A stretch of 63,826 nucleotides of DNA, counting the filler, from Polymyxa betae A26-41 (taxonomy: Eukaryota > Protista > Endomyxa: Phytomyxea), in NCBI GenBank assembly GCA_003693705.1. It is 8 parts of 8 records of this genome, joined end to end, with 100 filler letters (N's around TTAATTAATTAA, not from the genome) between each part and the next. Parts side by side here need not be neighbours in the genome. Positions count along the whole stretch, not along the records: positions 11,866 to 37,813 come from RBZT01000295.1; 7 more parts are not named here. One strand, written 5' to 3'. The notes under the pieces were generated by a model that did not search any database, was not told the DNA's origin, and saw only the letters and a list, made by a program, of their open reading frames with translations. The translations under genes were made by a program, and so were the position numbers. Below are positions 11,866 to 24,900 of the stretch, piece by piece. The stretch's first letter is position 1. The number at the start of each line of letters is the position of its first letter.

Positions 11866-13070
11866 TTTTATAAGCTCCTAACCCTAGTATCGAAGAACGT
11901 ACAGATAATCAATATCTCACTCGAATCCTACGCTTTGTCTGCGATACTAATTATTTCTGATACGGCAATGAAGTCTATCATCAGATAGATGGCATTGCAA
12001 TGGGCACGAACTGCGCTGTTTCATGTGCTAATCTCTACATGGATGATTTTGACATGGAATTCGCCCCAAAATGCATATTCTATCGTCGTTACATAGACGA
12101 TATTTTCTTTATCCTCGACACCAATCTTCACTCCATTTCAAACATTCAACATTCCATGAATTCTTTTATTTCTAAAATTTCTTTAGACTTCTCACTGTCT
12201 CCTTCTACAGTCAACTTCCTTGACCTGATCGTTTACCGCAACAACAACAACAGCATCGCATTCCGAACATACCAAAAACCCAACAATATTTATCAATACT
12301 TACCAAAAATGAGTTGTCACAATCCTGCAACAATTAAAGGATACATCAGAGGAGAACTGATTCGCTTCTGCCGCACCAATACTACAATTCAGGATCGCCG
12401 GACCATGGCCTTACTTCTTTATCATCGTCTACGCGCCAGAAGCTTCTCCGCTCAATATCTATCTTCAATTTTTCAAAGAGTTGATCTATCACGTCGATAC
12501 ATCGACTCTTTAAACTTCATCTCAAACACCGAACGATCAAACCCAATCGTCGCCTGCCCTAACATCTCCACGTCTGTCCCCAAAAAAATACCATTTATTC
12601 TACCATTTTACCCAAATTTACTTCGTCACAATATTTCCAGTTTTATTCACTATACCAATAATCACTACCTCACAAAAAAACTCAACATCACTATCTTCGC
12701 CGCCTTCAGAAGAAACCGAAACGTCATCAACCTCTGTTCCAGATCAAACATCTCTGAAGACCAGACCGCCTACATTGACCAGTACCGCCACCACCGTACT
12801 GCCCGTCAAAGCAACCGTACCATCCCTTCTTAATACTATCCTCACTAAATCACACGCTTATTTCGTCCGCTAATCTGTGTGCTACCTTTTCGCGAGCTAA
12901 GATCACGCCAAACTCAGCGCTCGAAGACGAATTGACCTCTCCAACTCCATCAATTCAGAAACGAGGGATAGTATTAAACTCATAGGCTAGTTTATTTAAA
13001 ACTTACTTTTCTATTTAACTTTAACGGGTACTTTAATAAATCCATATCCCCTTTTCCTCCTAACCCTAAC
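11866..13070 (+). mobile_element. Endonuclease-deficient Penelope-like retroelement (Athena/Coprina type), 5' part cut by the contig start
   Basis: RT motifs YHQIDGIAMGTNCA..ANLYM, YRRYIDD, VNFLDL and the PLE thumb TYQKP..YL...SCH...GELIRF are present. The ORF ends at 12833 with no GIY-YIG domain. There is an in-frame TGA at 11958-11960, and CCTAACCCTAACCC follows at about 13059-13072. Confidence 0.85.
12858..12971 (+). ncRNA. Hammerhead-ribozyme-like fold (type III topology, variant core)
   Basis: Elements seen: TTTCG-TC site (GTC 12865-12867); stem I CGCT/AGCG; core CT(C)GAAGA; stem II GAATTGA/TCAATTC; GAAA; and CGAG pairing back with TTCG. The core has an extra C. Confidence 0.45.
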
Positions 13071-13175
13071 CCCGGGGTGAAGTCCGAGTCAACCCCGGGG
13101 TGAAGTCCGAGTCAACCCTGGGCCATAGTCCGAGTCTACCCCGGGGTGAAGTCCGAATCAATCCCGGGGTTTTTT
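13068..13175. repeat. 23-bp tandem repeat (about 4.5 copies), subtelomere-like
   Basis: Unit AACCCCGGGGTGAAGTCCGAGTC, flanked by CCCTAA tracts at 13059 and 13380-13413. Confidence 0.9.
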
Positions 13176-15996
13176 CCGGGGTTGTCCACCCTGGGGTGGA
13201 CCACGGGGCTGGGAACCCGGGGTTGCAAGATACTCCGTGGGTTAAGTCCACGGATATTTGAGCTACAGGACATTAAAAGATATCAGTCGAAAGCTTTAGA
13301 CGGGATTTGAAGGAAATATTTTATCGGATATGCTCCACGGACTTTAGAAATAGATAAGGGTGATCTGGACTACACATATAACCCTAACCCCCTAAACCCT
13401 AAAACCCTAACCCTTATTTTTTCTTAAATTATTGCTAAATAAACGCCACTCTCAGACCATGTCTGCGACGACACCTTGTTCGCTGTATTGAGTCGGGCGA
13501 ACCGAGCCTCATCTCATCTCGGACCGCGTCTCAGAATCGAACTCCGCAACGTGCTCCGAGACGGCATCGAACGGCCTCCGACCAGCTTTCGCTACAGCGA
13601 CGAATTCCGTAAAATCTACCACAAACCTGACGAACTCGAACTTCGCATAAATGAGCAATTGCGACACGGCCTTCGATCCGTTGCTGGGCCTGTACGGCGC
13701 AGTACGAACCTCGCCTCTATCAGCGCAGCGCGGCCTTTCACGCTGCGATCATGACACCGTGGACGCCGGCGAAAGCGCCCGCATTCGTTCGAGAGGCGAC
13801 TGAAAATCTCTTCGTGACCAAACTCGGCGCTGAGAACGTTACAGACCGGACGCGATCCGATTTCGCATCCGCCATTCCGGGCCCAAGATCGCTTCGGATC
13901 GTTCGCATTTTCAAATTATGATTCTTTATTTTTTTTTCGATCTTGTCATTTATCATTAATCGTTACAAAAATCCAATTCATTTTTGTGCCGAAATTTTAC
14001 ATTAAAGAAACTCCTGAATGAATTGTCTCTTTTTTTGAAGTGGCGCTTTGTCGGTTTTCGATAACGATGCGAATTTGCTGAAGCAGATATATATAAAACC
14101 GGAGGCTTGATCTGAAACAAGCAGATTCGTTTGATGAAGTTGCGTCACATCTTGACCGATTCAGTGCTGTTTTGAAGCCATCTAGCAGTGATCAATATCA
14201 TCGTACTGGCACAATATGGTAATCGCGCAAATTCAAATCCACAAAGCACCAATTCACGCCTTTCAGATCGAGCCGTGTTTGTCCGCAAACGAGCCAAATA
14301 GTGAAAAAGGTTTGTTGACGACAAATGGTTCTCGTTCTTCCGGACAAGAATCGTGGGCTGAATCTGGATTCACTGTAGAGAATCAATACACTCATTGTCC
14401 AATTTCAAAGAGCTCAAGATTGCTGTCCAATTTTACAGAAAGTGTATTGATTTATTCAAGCGATGATCTTTTTCTGTGTTTTGACTTTCGCGACCAATAA
14501 AAATTCCAAATCTCGATCTTATGGAGCAGATAATTCATTATTATGTACAAAGGTTTTACTCTTTGACAATCCCATCGCACAGAACAACGGGACTTGTCCG
14601 ACAATACGGGGAGGTGTTTTGGCGCGGCCAGCTCTGTACTATCCGAAACCAGATGCGGTGAAGTGGCACGGCCCTTTCAAACTTCTTCAGGTACGACATT
14701 CGTTATCGCTTGCCTCAAAGTCGTTCGGAAATTGTGTCCAAGCGCCAACGAAAATGGGATCGCTCCATTCTAATGCAATCGCGGCTCTATTTAAAAAGGT
14801 ACGACGCTGTTTCTTATTGTTAAGATATGTTTATGATTCGGTTATAGGATGATACCGAGATCTCGTAATGGTCTTACTATACCAGATTGCGAGAAAAGAA
14901 AACTTACCTGAGACGAAGAGAGAAAAGTTTGAAATGATTTTGATGATATCAACAAAGCCAATGAGCCACAGTAGTAAAAAGCACTCAGAATAGAAAACGA
15001 TTTTTTTTTAAGATGGCTCATGATTTTGGTTTTTCCGGGACCGATGACCTCCTCTCAGCAAGGCGCTCAGCTGATGGAAAGCATACCTTTGATTCCATTT
15101 CAACGCAATTGAAAACATCGAAATTATTGACAATACAGAATGGCTATAGGCGTTTGGTTTTGAACGAAACCAATTCGACTGTGGCCAGCTGGGTAACTGC
15201 CGGCTCGGTTGCAATACCAGCTACTGCTAACAATGTATCATCCTACACGACAGATGACTGAAAGGAAAAAGTCATCATGGATCAGAGTGAAGAGCAGAAA
15301 ACATTAACGAAATGAAAGAGCATGCAGAGAATGAGCATTGCTTTCCTTCATTGGACGAACAAACGGGTTTCGACAACCTCCATACCAGTTGTTTATGGAG
15401 CGGACGAGCGGGCTTCGGGAGCCCTGGACCAGATCGTCTAAAAGTCGCACAAAAGCCATGTTTGGCTTTTACAATCATGAAGCGATCTACATCTTATGTT
15501 GTATGGAATCATTTTTTTCGGGTAAAAAACGAAATGGCTCGTGTGCTTGGCTGGGTTGTTACGAAACGATTTTCGACAGATTCGCAATCTTTCGGGCCTT
15601 TTACGACAGGTATTTGCGCGTTTTTTGTCCAGCAGCGCCGAAGGAAGGTAAATTCGGCTTGAGTGATTGTTGGCATAATGTCATGATAAACAATGTTGCT
15701 CGATGCAGATAATTAAATTGTCAAACAGACGAACAAAAACTGAAACTTCGAACAGACGAAAAAATAACTGAAACTTCGCAATCACGAACATGTGGAATGA
15801 GCTCTATTCCTGTACAGATTCGCTCACAATAGTCCCGTCAACAAAGTGTTTTCACGAGGCGCAGGACGGGTCTCAGGGGCAGCCCTGCTTTCGGAAAGTG
15901 TTCTTACCCATCTACTTGGACTCGTCATCACAATCTTTCTTCTATATAAAGGAATGTATTAAACGATTGTATTTGATCTTAACGAGGGCGTGCCTT

Positions 15997-18900
15997 TCAG
16001 CAAGAGAATTGACTGTTCAGCAGGGCGTCGCTGACGTAGTGCGATCCTCCACCGCAACGCCATCCAGATCCGACATTATACCAGCTGAATCCAGCTGGGC
16101 ACGGCATGATCCGACGTAGCTTCTCTTGAATCGCTTTCGCCTTGCGTTCCTCTGCTTTTCGCTTTTCTTCATCTTCCTCTTCCTTCAGCTTCCGAATACG
16201 CTCTTCATGCAGACGCTTAGCTTTTTCAAGTTCAGCCCAATCTTCGTCGCTAACGCCAGGATCGCGACCTGGTGTCGAGCAGTCGTCGCAAGCGATTTCT
16301 TCAATATATGAAGTTGTAGCACTTTGTTCTTTCAGGAATTGAGGTTTTTCAGAGGGACGGCTCCGTGAATCCATCATCAAGGCCTCCCTGAGAAAAAAAT
16401 GGTAAAAAATGATAAATGTGGCATAAAAAAAGAATATCCACGCGAAAAAACAAACGGAAAACAGTTAGAGCCTACACGAGTTTCTTCGTGGATTCACGAG
16501 GCTTCGTTTCAGGCGGCTTACGCGCTGAAATCATCTCGGCCATTGCTTTCTCAACGTCTGCAGTTTGTATTGTCCGTTCGTCTTCAGGATGATCTTTAAC
16601 GCGAGATGAACGGGCAGATTTTGACTTCTTCCATAACGTGTTGACATCGCGACCGTTAGCCCAGCCGGGAAATTTGATTAATTGCTCACATCCCGATTGG
16701 ATGATGTCGATCGCACCTGCGATCGAAAAGGATTCCTTGGCGGCCTGGTTTTTCAAGAACAAGGCACAATCGGCAGCGTCCCAGTCGTCGAAATCGAAAA
16801 CGTGAGAGATGCGAGACTTCAGGCCCGAATTGTGGTCCAGCATCACATCCATATCGCTATATTCGTTCAATTAAATTCGCAGAGCACGATGGCGGTGCTT
16901 ACGCGGCGTATCCGGCTAGAATGATGACCATGCCGTTGTATTGGGGATCAGTCATCGCTGCCACCAGAGAGGTGATCGCTTCCGATCCATAGTGATCATT
17001 TCCAAGTTCATAGGCCTGAAGAAGAAATTAAGAATCCAAAATAGCTGTCTGCGAACGTAATGTCAATACCTCATCAATAAACAGTACGCCGCCTCTGGCT
17101 TCACCCAGCTGCTGTTCGACCGCCTTCTTCGTCTGGCCGAGATATTCACCTGAACGAAATAAACGTCGGGCTGCGGAAGATCGACAGGGACAGCTTACCT
17201 GTCAGGCCAAGACCGCTCGTTTCTTTTACACGGTTAGTGGGAAGGATACCCAATTGGAACAAAATCTTAGACATGACCCGAGCGACTGTCGTTTTCCCAG
17301 TGCCGGGATTGCCCTGGAGTAGAAAATCAAACACTCACAAAGGAAAGCGACATCAGACCTACACGGAATACGAAATGTCCGATGTCAGGTATCGATGAAG
17401 CGTCGCCTTCTCTCTTGGCGACAATAACGCCGTCTCGCAGCTCGATTAATTTAGCTCTGATGCGATCAATCTTGTAAAGGCCGTAGAGAAGCTTCAACGG
17501 GTCCATCGTGTCGTCAGCGGATTCTCCTTCGATGTCGTCCGGCTGCAGCGTGATCCCGCCCGCGTCAGAACGTGCTGACGCTTTAGCAAGAGCGGCCTTA
17601 AGCAAGTTGTCGATCGCACCAGCGTTACCAAAATGTTCTTGGCTGCGTTGCATGGATAGCACCTGAATCGCCTTTTCACAGACGTCCTTCGTGAAAGCAA
17701 TTTCTTGCGAAACGCATTTCGAGCGGAAAATGTCCTGACGAAATTAGCATTGAGACGATTGAGTCATGATTCAGTAACACACCAGGAGTTGCCGGTCGTC
17801 ATAATCTTCAAACCGGAACGCATAGTCGAAAGCGAAACGACGAGCGAGACCGGGATTGGAGTTGCGCATCATGTCCGAAAGCTGCTTCTCGTATCCGAGA
17901 AGAAGCACGGCAATATCGTCGCTTTCGGTATCTTGCACCTTCTCGACGATAACGTCGAGCACTTGCTTGCCGTACAGTCCGTCGTCGAGGTTGTAGGCCT
18001 CATCGATGACCAACACTTTGCCGCGGGCGTTTTCGATGATACTGGCAGCTTTCTTCTGCGACTCCCCAACGACCGACCCGACAAAATCGCTCGCTGTCTT
18101 AAATACAACCCCTCCCACAGATAAGAAGTTGAGTTCTTTGAGAAGACGCGCGTAAAGACCCGCACATGTCGTCTTTCCCGTACCTATTGTCAAACATGTC
18201 AGACTGACAGAGTCGTCAGAGAAAACCTCAGGTGAGACCTACCAGGATTGCCCAGGAATAAGCGATTCAGCATGACCGGACATGTTGGTTTTCCCTCGAG
18301 TTTAAGATTATAGTTCTTTGCACAAACATTGACGAACTCCTTGACGGAGTCCTTGACCGAGGCCCAACCCGTCTTTTTCTGGAATTCGTCGAGGATCTTC
18401 TTGACCTTTGGATTTGAGAGCGGGTTTTCTCCGACGACGTCCTCGATCTGGATTTCCATGATGGAGCTGTCGAAATCGTCATGAGACATGCGACGGTTCG
18501 TAGCTTCGTCGATCATTTTGCGAACCGCTCTTGCGTTGCCAAACCCTTTGCGGTTCGCCGCCTTCGACAGCTCACGGGCTACTAACTTCCCAATCATCGG
18601 GTCGGCGCTCCAACCTTTGTCGTCAAGCTGTGAAAACCAGATCGTCTCAAGTTCGTCCTGGTCGAAGTCTTCAAACGTAATCTCTTGGAATCGCGATTTC
18701 AAGCCTTCGTTATAGCTGAAAAGCTTGTTGTGAATGTCATCTGAAATAGCAATGTCAATCAAACTAGAAGTGTTAATATGAAGCTTCTGACCTGTGTATC
18801 CTGCTAAAATAAAACTGATGCTATCTCTCAGGTTCTCAGAGGCAGTCAAAAGTTCAGCGACAATCGGTTTGCCCTTGAAGTCGCCCCTAGGGTCCAGATC

Positions 18901-21900
18901 GTACGCTTCATCAATGATTATGGTACCATTCTTGCATTCTGAAATCGCTTCACGGAAGTTGTCGATGCCATCATCTTTGACACTTTGAGCTGTTAGCTCT
19001 TTGAACTTTCCCGATTGTCGCATGCCGCAATCTTTGAAGATTTGGGCGAACAGCCGTGCAACCGTGGTCTTCCCAGTCCCTATATAACAGCAGTGAGCAA
19101 TTGAATGAATATACATCGAATTCAATATACACCTGGATTCCCCAAAAAGACAAAATTTAAATTCATCGCGTTCTTCTGCAGGGTCTTGGCGTCCATCTTT
19201 CTGCGCTGCATTGCAGATCTAAATACTGACAACGCATCGAGCTTTACACGCTCGAGCCCGGTCATCCCCAGAAGCTTCTCCATGGCATCCGAACGATATC
19301 CTTCAGAATCTTTAAGCTGCTCCCATTTCGCTTTTGTCGACAGTTTGCCGGAATGACTCGGGGCTTTGATTGCGCTTGGTGGCCGTCGAAGAAACTCGAG
19401 CTCTTGATCAGAAACCCACGGATTGGCGTGGTCACTATAGCACTTGGTGAAAACCGATAAGCATAACCAGCTGTGGTCGGGATTGTCTTTTTGTGCTAGT
19501 CGAGACGCGGCAAGAATAGTCAGCGGATGCGCAGGTCGAGAACCAATTTTGACGACATACTCTTGGAACTTCTCCTGAGCCTCTGGCACTGATTGCACAA
19601 CGTGCAATAATTCAAGGCAATGGAATAGTAGCAGCTCCGGATGCTTTAATTTGGCAGAGTGGTTCTCAAGACAGTTGAGGCCAGCAAATGGGCTCTTTTT
19701 TGACTCGGCATTAAAAAACTGGAGATTTGCTTTGAGATCTGCTTCGAGAGAGGGCGTGACACCCTTGCTAAATAGATGTCCATCCCATGAGGTGAATTTC
19801 AGCATAGACAGCGACGGAGGAAGCAGCTTTAGGGTCTCCAGATGACGCTGCTTGAAATCATCGATAGCAACATCAGCCGAGGCTTCCATCGGAGGCAAAA
19901 CGCTTTCCGTCTGAATGTACACGGGGCTGTAATTGACGATCTCACAAATCGAGCTCGCCACCGACGCGATCTGGTCACGGGTTGCAGACACGATATGGGT
20001 CGCCTCAAGCGCATACGGATCCCATATGACCAACGACGTTGAACCATCTTTTGCATGCAGCTGAACGGCATCGAACCCCAAACTCCTCTGCTTTTTTATC
20101 CATTGCAACCGCTGTTGTACTTGCTGACCAACGGACTTGCCCTTGTGCTTCTTTGTACGCTGCGCCTGAGCATTCGGAACGTCGGTCGGGTCTACAAGAA
20201 CATGGCACATGAACGCAACCCCAATGACAAAGTGCAGATCGCCAATGGTTCGGTCACGTGAGAGAAGAATGCGCTCGAGGTTTTCACGTGTCAGTGGAAA
20301 GACTTGCACGCCACTAAGCGTCTCGCCCTTAATAAGAGTACTCCAGTTAAACTTTTGTGGAGATTTGCTCAGTGGAATGAACCATTGGGTCATATGCCGT
20401 TGGAAGATCGGACGGCGCCAGACGTTCCTGATCGATAGACGCCATGTTCGGAACTTGTCCATCATCGCCAAAATTCTGGAGATCAATTGATCCTTGTTGT
20501 GTGGCAGCTTTTGCTTGGAGATGAGGTGCGAGTCTTTGAATACTTTCGGAAGAAGATCTGTATCGATCCAAGGACAATCCGCTTCACCAATGGCCTGTAT
20601 GTCCAGCTCCAAACTATTCGTTACGCAAGTAGGGCAGCGCTCGGGGACGCCCTGCGAGCACAGGCGATATTTGAAACTGTGTCCGGAGCCGCACGTCCAG
20701 GTGGAACTGCTCAAACAGCTTGGGCGCTGCGTGAAATGGCAGGCCTGCTCGATTGTAACACCACACACATCAAAGTTCCAGCAAGGCCGCTTGACAGGGT
20801 TGGAGCATGGGCGGTTTAGGTTGGACTCTCGATGACGACATTGAAACGAGATCTCGTGTCCACAAAGTCGATTTTCCGAAACGACGGCATCGCATTCCGG
20901 AAGGGCAGAGGCTGATGTCTTACCGATCTGCGCGATCGCTTGGAAACAGGAAATTGAGACGGAATGGCCACAGGAAGAAACGCGGCGGAAATTAACAGAG
21001 ACTGTGCACTTTGAGATGAAGCGAGACAGCTCAGATGGGACTGCGCTCATGACAGGCAAATTGTCGTCGAAGACGCCCTTCGAGATAGCGTTCCAGGATT
21101 CGGACGCCAGAAATTCAGCTGACCAGGGCGTCCATCCGTTGAAATTTCGCAGGTGGCACGGAACAGAAACAGGGTGATTGCAAAGCGGGTTTGATGACGG
21201 TACTTGAACATGGCATTTGCCGGGCTTTCTTGCATTGGCGCATGGCATTGGTTCCTCGTGACCGCATCGTCGAAGCAGAGTGACTTGAGTTGAGCATTTG
21301 ATATGAATTCCGCAAAAATCCCCGAACGCACTCTCGTCGTCTTCGTTCACGATAGTAAGAGGAGTAAGGGATACTTTTAGCGCACCCGTTGCTAAAAGTG
21401 CTTGTTCCTTGTAACAGACCGAAGAGAATTCATGACCACATTCAGGGTTGGTGATGATCACCTTTTGATTGCAACGCGAGGCAGAGAGTGCCTGGCTGAA
21501 AGCCTCACTGCAAGGCAGCGATACCTCATGACCACATTTTCGCCGGAGCACAACTTTTTCCTTGCAGGCGAAGTCCATCGGGCCATAGTGTTGACCCTCG
21601 AGAATAATTCCGTTTGTGTCAGGTGTGGCTCCAGACCAGGATTCTAATGTTTCCGCTAGTTTGCACGACAGTTTGGCTGAATGCCCGCAGCGAGGAAGGA
21701 GGGCATTCACTGTTTGGTTGCAGGTGCTCATAGCTTGACCGTTTTCGTACTGATTCTTCAGATAGCATGCGACGATCTTCTCGTGTCCACACTTTGGCCG
21801 GTAGGCGACCGTGGCTTTGCAATGAGCAACCTTGTCAGGATTACGTTCCCAGTCGGTGAGCATGGAGCACGCCAGCTCAAGCTCATGCCCACATGGATAC

Positions 21901-24900
21901 ACATACGGACGGAGAGCCGGCTCGGTACACGTAGGCCATTCAGAGACACCAGTTGATATATCGTTCTCATCTGCACAGGACACTCGAATCGTATGTGAGC
22001 AAGGCATTTCCACATCGACAGGGGCTTGACATCGGTAAAGTTTCAATGCGTCCTCAATGCTGTCAACTGCGTTATGCAACTGAAGCGGACGCCTTGACAA
22101 TCCTTTGTTTGGGCGAAGTTGCCCTTTAGCGACGGCAAAGACAACCATGCAAGTGAGATCCTGCTTATGATGAGGACACGGCGACGGAATCGCAACACTG
22201 CATCGCTCATTATGCTGTAGATTTGGCCAATGGCACCGCAATCCACAGAGATGACCGCAACTCAGAGCCGATAGACACATCACGTCACAGAATCCAAGCT
22301 TCACCTGTAGGGCAATTAAGCCAAGTGCTGAAAACTCAAAGCGATGAAGTACCTGATCGGCAGTACGAGCCATGTGGATGCTATCTCTGTGCAGGGGGCA
22401 GCACAGAGGAAGTTGGTTGCCCATACGGGGGGAGTCATACACCACGATCGATTTATCGTGGTTGTCGGGCTTGCCGGGGTTGTTCAGAATGTTAAGCGCG
22501 CGCTTCCAATGCTCTGCGCCTTTCGCGTTAAAATATCCGGCATTGCCGACAATGATCATGCCGAGACGGGCTCGGCTCAGCAGAACAATCATTCTGAACG
22601 AATAAAATCAGAAATACACGAAGAAACTGTAGTTATTCCGCTGACCGATTGCGGAGCTTCACAAACGGAGACGTAGATTTGTCGTCAGCTACCAGTGATA
22701 CAATCACGAGATCAGCTTCATCGCCCTGGAACCTGTAAGCAATTTAATCGTCGGAATCACACAGCGGCATTGCTCTAAATCACCGGTCGACAGTGGATAC
22801 CACACAGGCGTCTTCGACATGTGGCTGATTTGGAGGAGAACGAAAAGGAAGAAGTTTCAGATCTTGCAGCTTTCTCCTGATCAGCATGAGCTGGCCTACG
22901 AAAAGTTAAAAGAAAAGACATGCCTGCTTCTGATTTCGACGAAACCTTTATAAGGAGTGATCAGGGCAATCGACGACTTTGGTACACCACAATCACTAAC
23001 ACAGCAGTTAAGATGCCGAGATTCATGATCACAATCCAGATGCAACGTACGTACACAAGGTATTTCGCAAGGGCACAAACCATTTCTGATTCCAGCTTAT
23101 TGACTTTGCTGAGCCCAACTTGGGCTCTACTTAGTGATCCAGTGTGCTGCCAGAAGAAAACAGACGGCGCAACGCCTGGCACCTCTCTCCCTTTGTAGGC
23201 CATTTTCGGTATCAAAGAACTTTCAAGGCGATGGAGAGAAGATTGACCGACTACTTTGGTAAGGCATATCTCATGATCGATGATAGTTGTGATCTCGCTA
23301 TAGAATTGACGCGTAAGATCAGCAATGTTAGGGCGCATACGCCGCTGTATCGAGAGAACCGTGTACGGCACACGATTTTCTTGTGGCGCACGTACAAGGC
23401 GTTCGAACATGCTGATGGAAACAGTCAAAAAATTATCGCCAACAAAACCCCTTACCTCACGTTGATCTTGTTGATTCTCTCATAATCGAATTTTGACATT
23501 AATGATGGAGACTATCGCATAGTCAATTTAAAAGCAGGGAAAACGATGATGAGAACTAACCAGTTGAAAGTGATCACCGATCTGCTCAAACTTGCACGTT
23601 GATGAACCGATACAGGATAACAGAAGCGGTTCAAGAACCTCTGAAGCTTCCTCGACAATGACGGCGAATGGGTTCAAGGCGCGGATCGCCTCCAAACGAC
23701 CAATACAGCTGACGATGGTGCCGCCCAATACTGCTTTGCCTTCGTAGGCCCGCGCCTTTGCCCGAACTTCTGCATCGAGTAAGTCGTCGTGCCTTCGGGT
23801 GATGGCTGTCGCTATCAACGACATGACACGATCTTGAAGCCCACGTGCAAAGGACAGGAATTCTTCGATGATTCCCCAGCGATCGTCAAGAGAACTTTCC
23901 CACGTCCACAGTGAGGAATGTATGCAAACGTGTTCACGGCCAGTAGGACATGCTGGCGGATTTTCCTCCAAGCAGATATCGTCTTCGTAGATATGGTCGT
24001 CGATTGTGGAAACGCCAGTTATGGCATCATCGGTTCCGAATACTTCTCGAAGATGCACAATATGATCCGCCTCTTCAACGTCATCAGGATCGTCAATTGG
24101 GGCGTGCTCGATATCGTCAGCCATGACCCAATCATCGTCATTGCCGGTCTCCTTGTCTTCAATAGCTATGTCGCCAGCAAGATCGGCTGGCACAGATTCG
24201 ATTGTTTCTTGGGGAAAGCCATTATCGGGAACAGTATGCGCTAAATTTTCTTTAAACTCGCTTGACATTGGTTCATCAACAATCATTTCAACATCGGGAG
24301 GGAGTGCGACGGTCGTTGAAGGAATATCATCAATGTTCCGATGAGGACCGTCGTTATGGGCGCCTGATTCTCTTCCTAGAAAAGGATTCTCCTCTGCGAC
24401 CTCGTATTTCTGATGGTCGCGACAATATTTGGTCCCATGTGTAGGTTTTGATTTACACGGCTTGTTCTTCTTATTGGTCAATGCTTGGCATTGAGAATAC
24501 GACGATGGCGACTTGGCGGCGACATCGGCCAAGTGCTGATGCCTGAGACAGTAAGGACTCTCAGATGTTCCAAACATTCGACATTGAGTGGCACGGCAAG
24601 GGATGGAATGCTGTGTACAGACCATCGACCCTGGAGTTGTCACCAGATTTTTGCACCCATAGGTAATGCAAACAGGATGATCAGAGCAGGTATTATGAGG
24701 GTATTCGTTCAAAGCAACTTGCGCAACAGCACCCGATTCGACGCAGACTCTACAGGCATGCTCCAGGCAGAAGAGCTGTGGCACAGGTAGGCGTTGCTCG
24801 TCGCAAAACTGGATACTGCAAGAGTGCTGTGCGCAGAAGAGCTTTTTGGGTGCCTTGGGTTCTTGACAGGGTGAATTGAAGCCATCCAGATACTGACAGC

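Noticed and set aside
11958-11960. In-frame TGA in the PLE RT as evidence of an alternative genetic code
   Set aside because: TGA serves as a normal stop elsewhere and long ORFs use TGG for Trp. A CGA-to-TGA mutation is simpler.
13068-13175. 23-bp repeats with CCCCGGGG palindromes as a CRISPR array
   Set aside because: The repeats are head-to-tail with no unique spacers, there are no cas genes and the context is eukaryotic. The same applies to 7025, 35836 and 58066.
13459-15261. Scattered short + strand ORFs as a spliced gene
   Set aside because: I could not build a consistent exon chain or recognise any domain.
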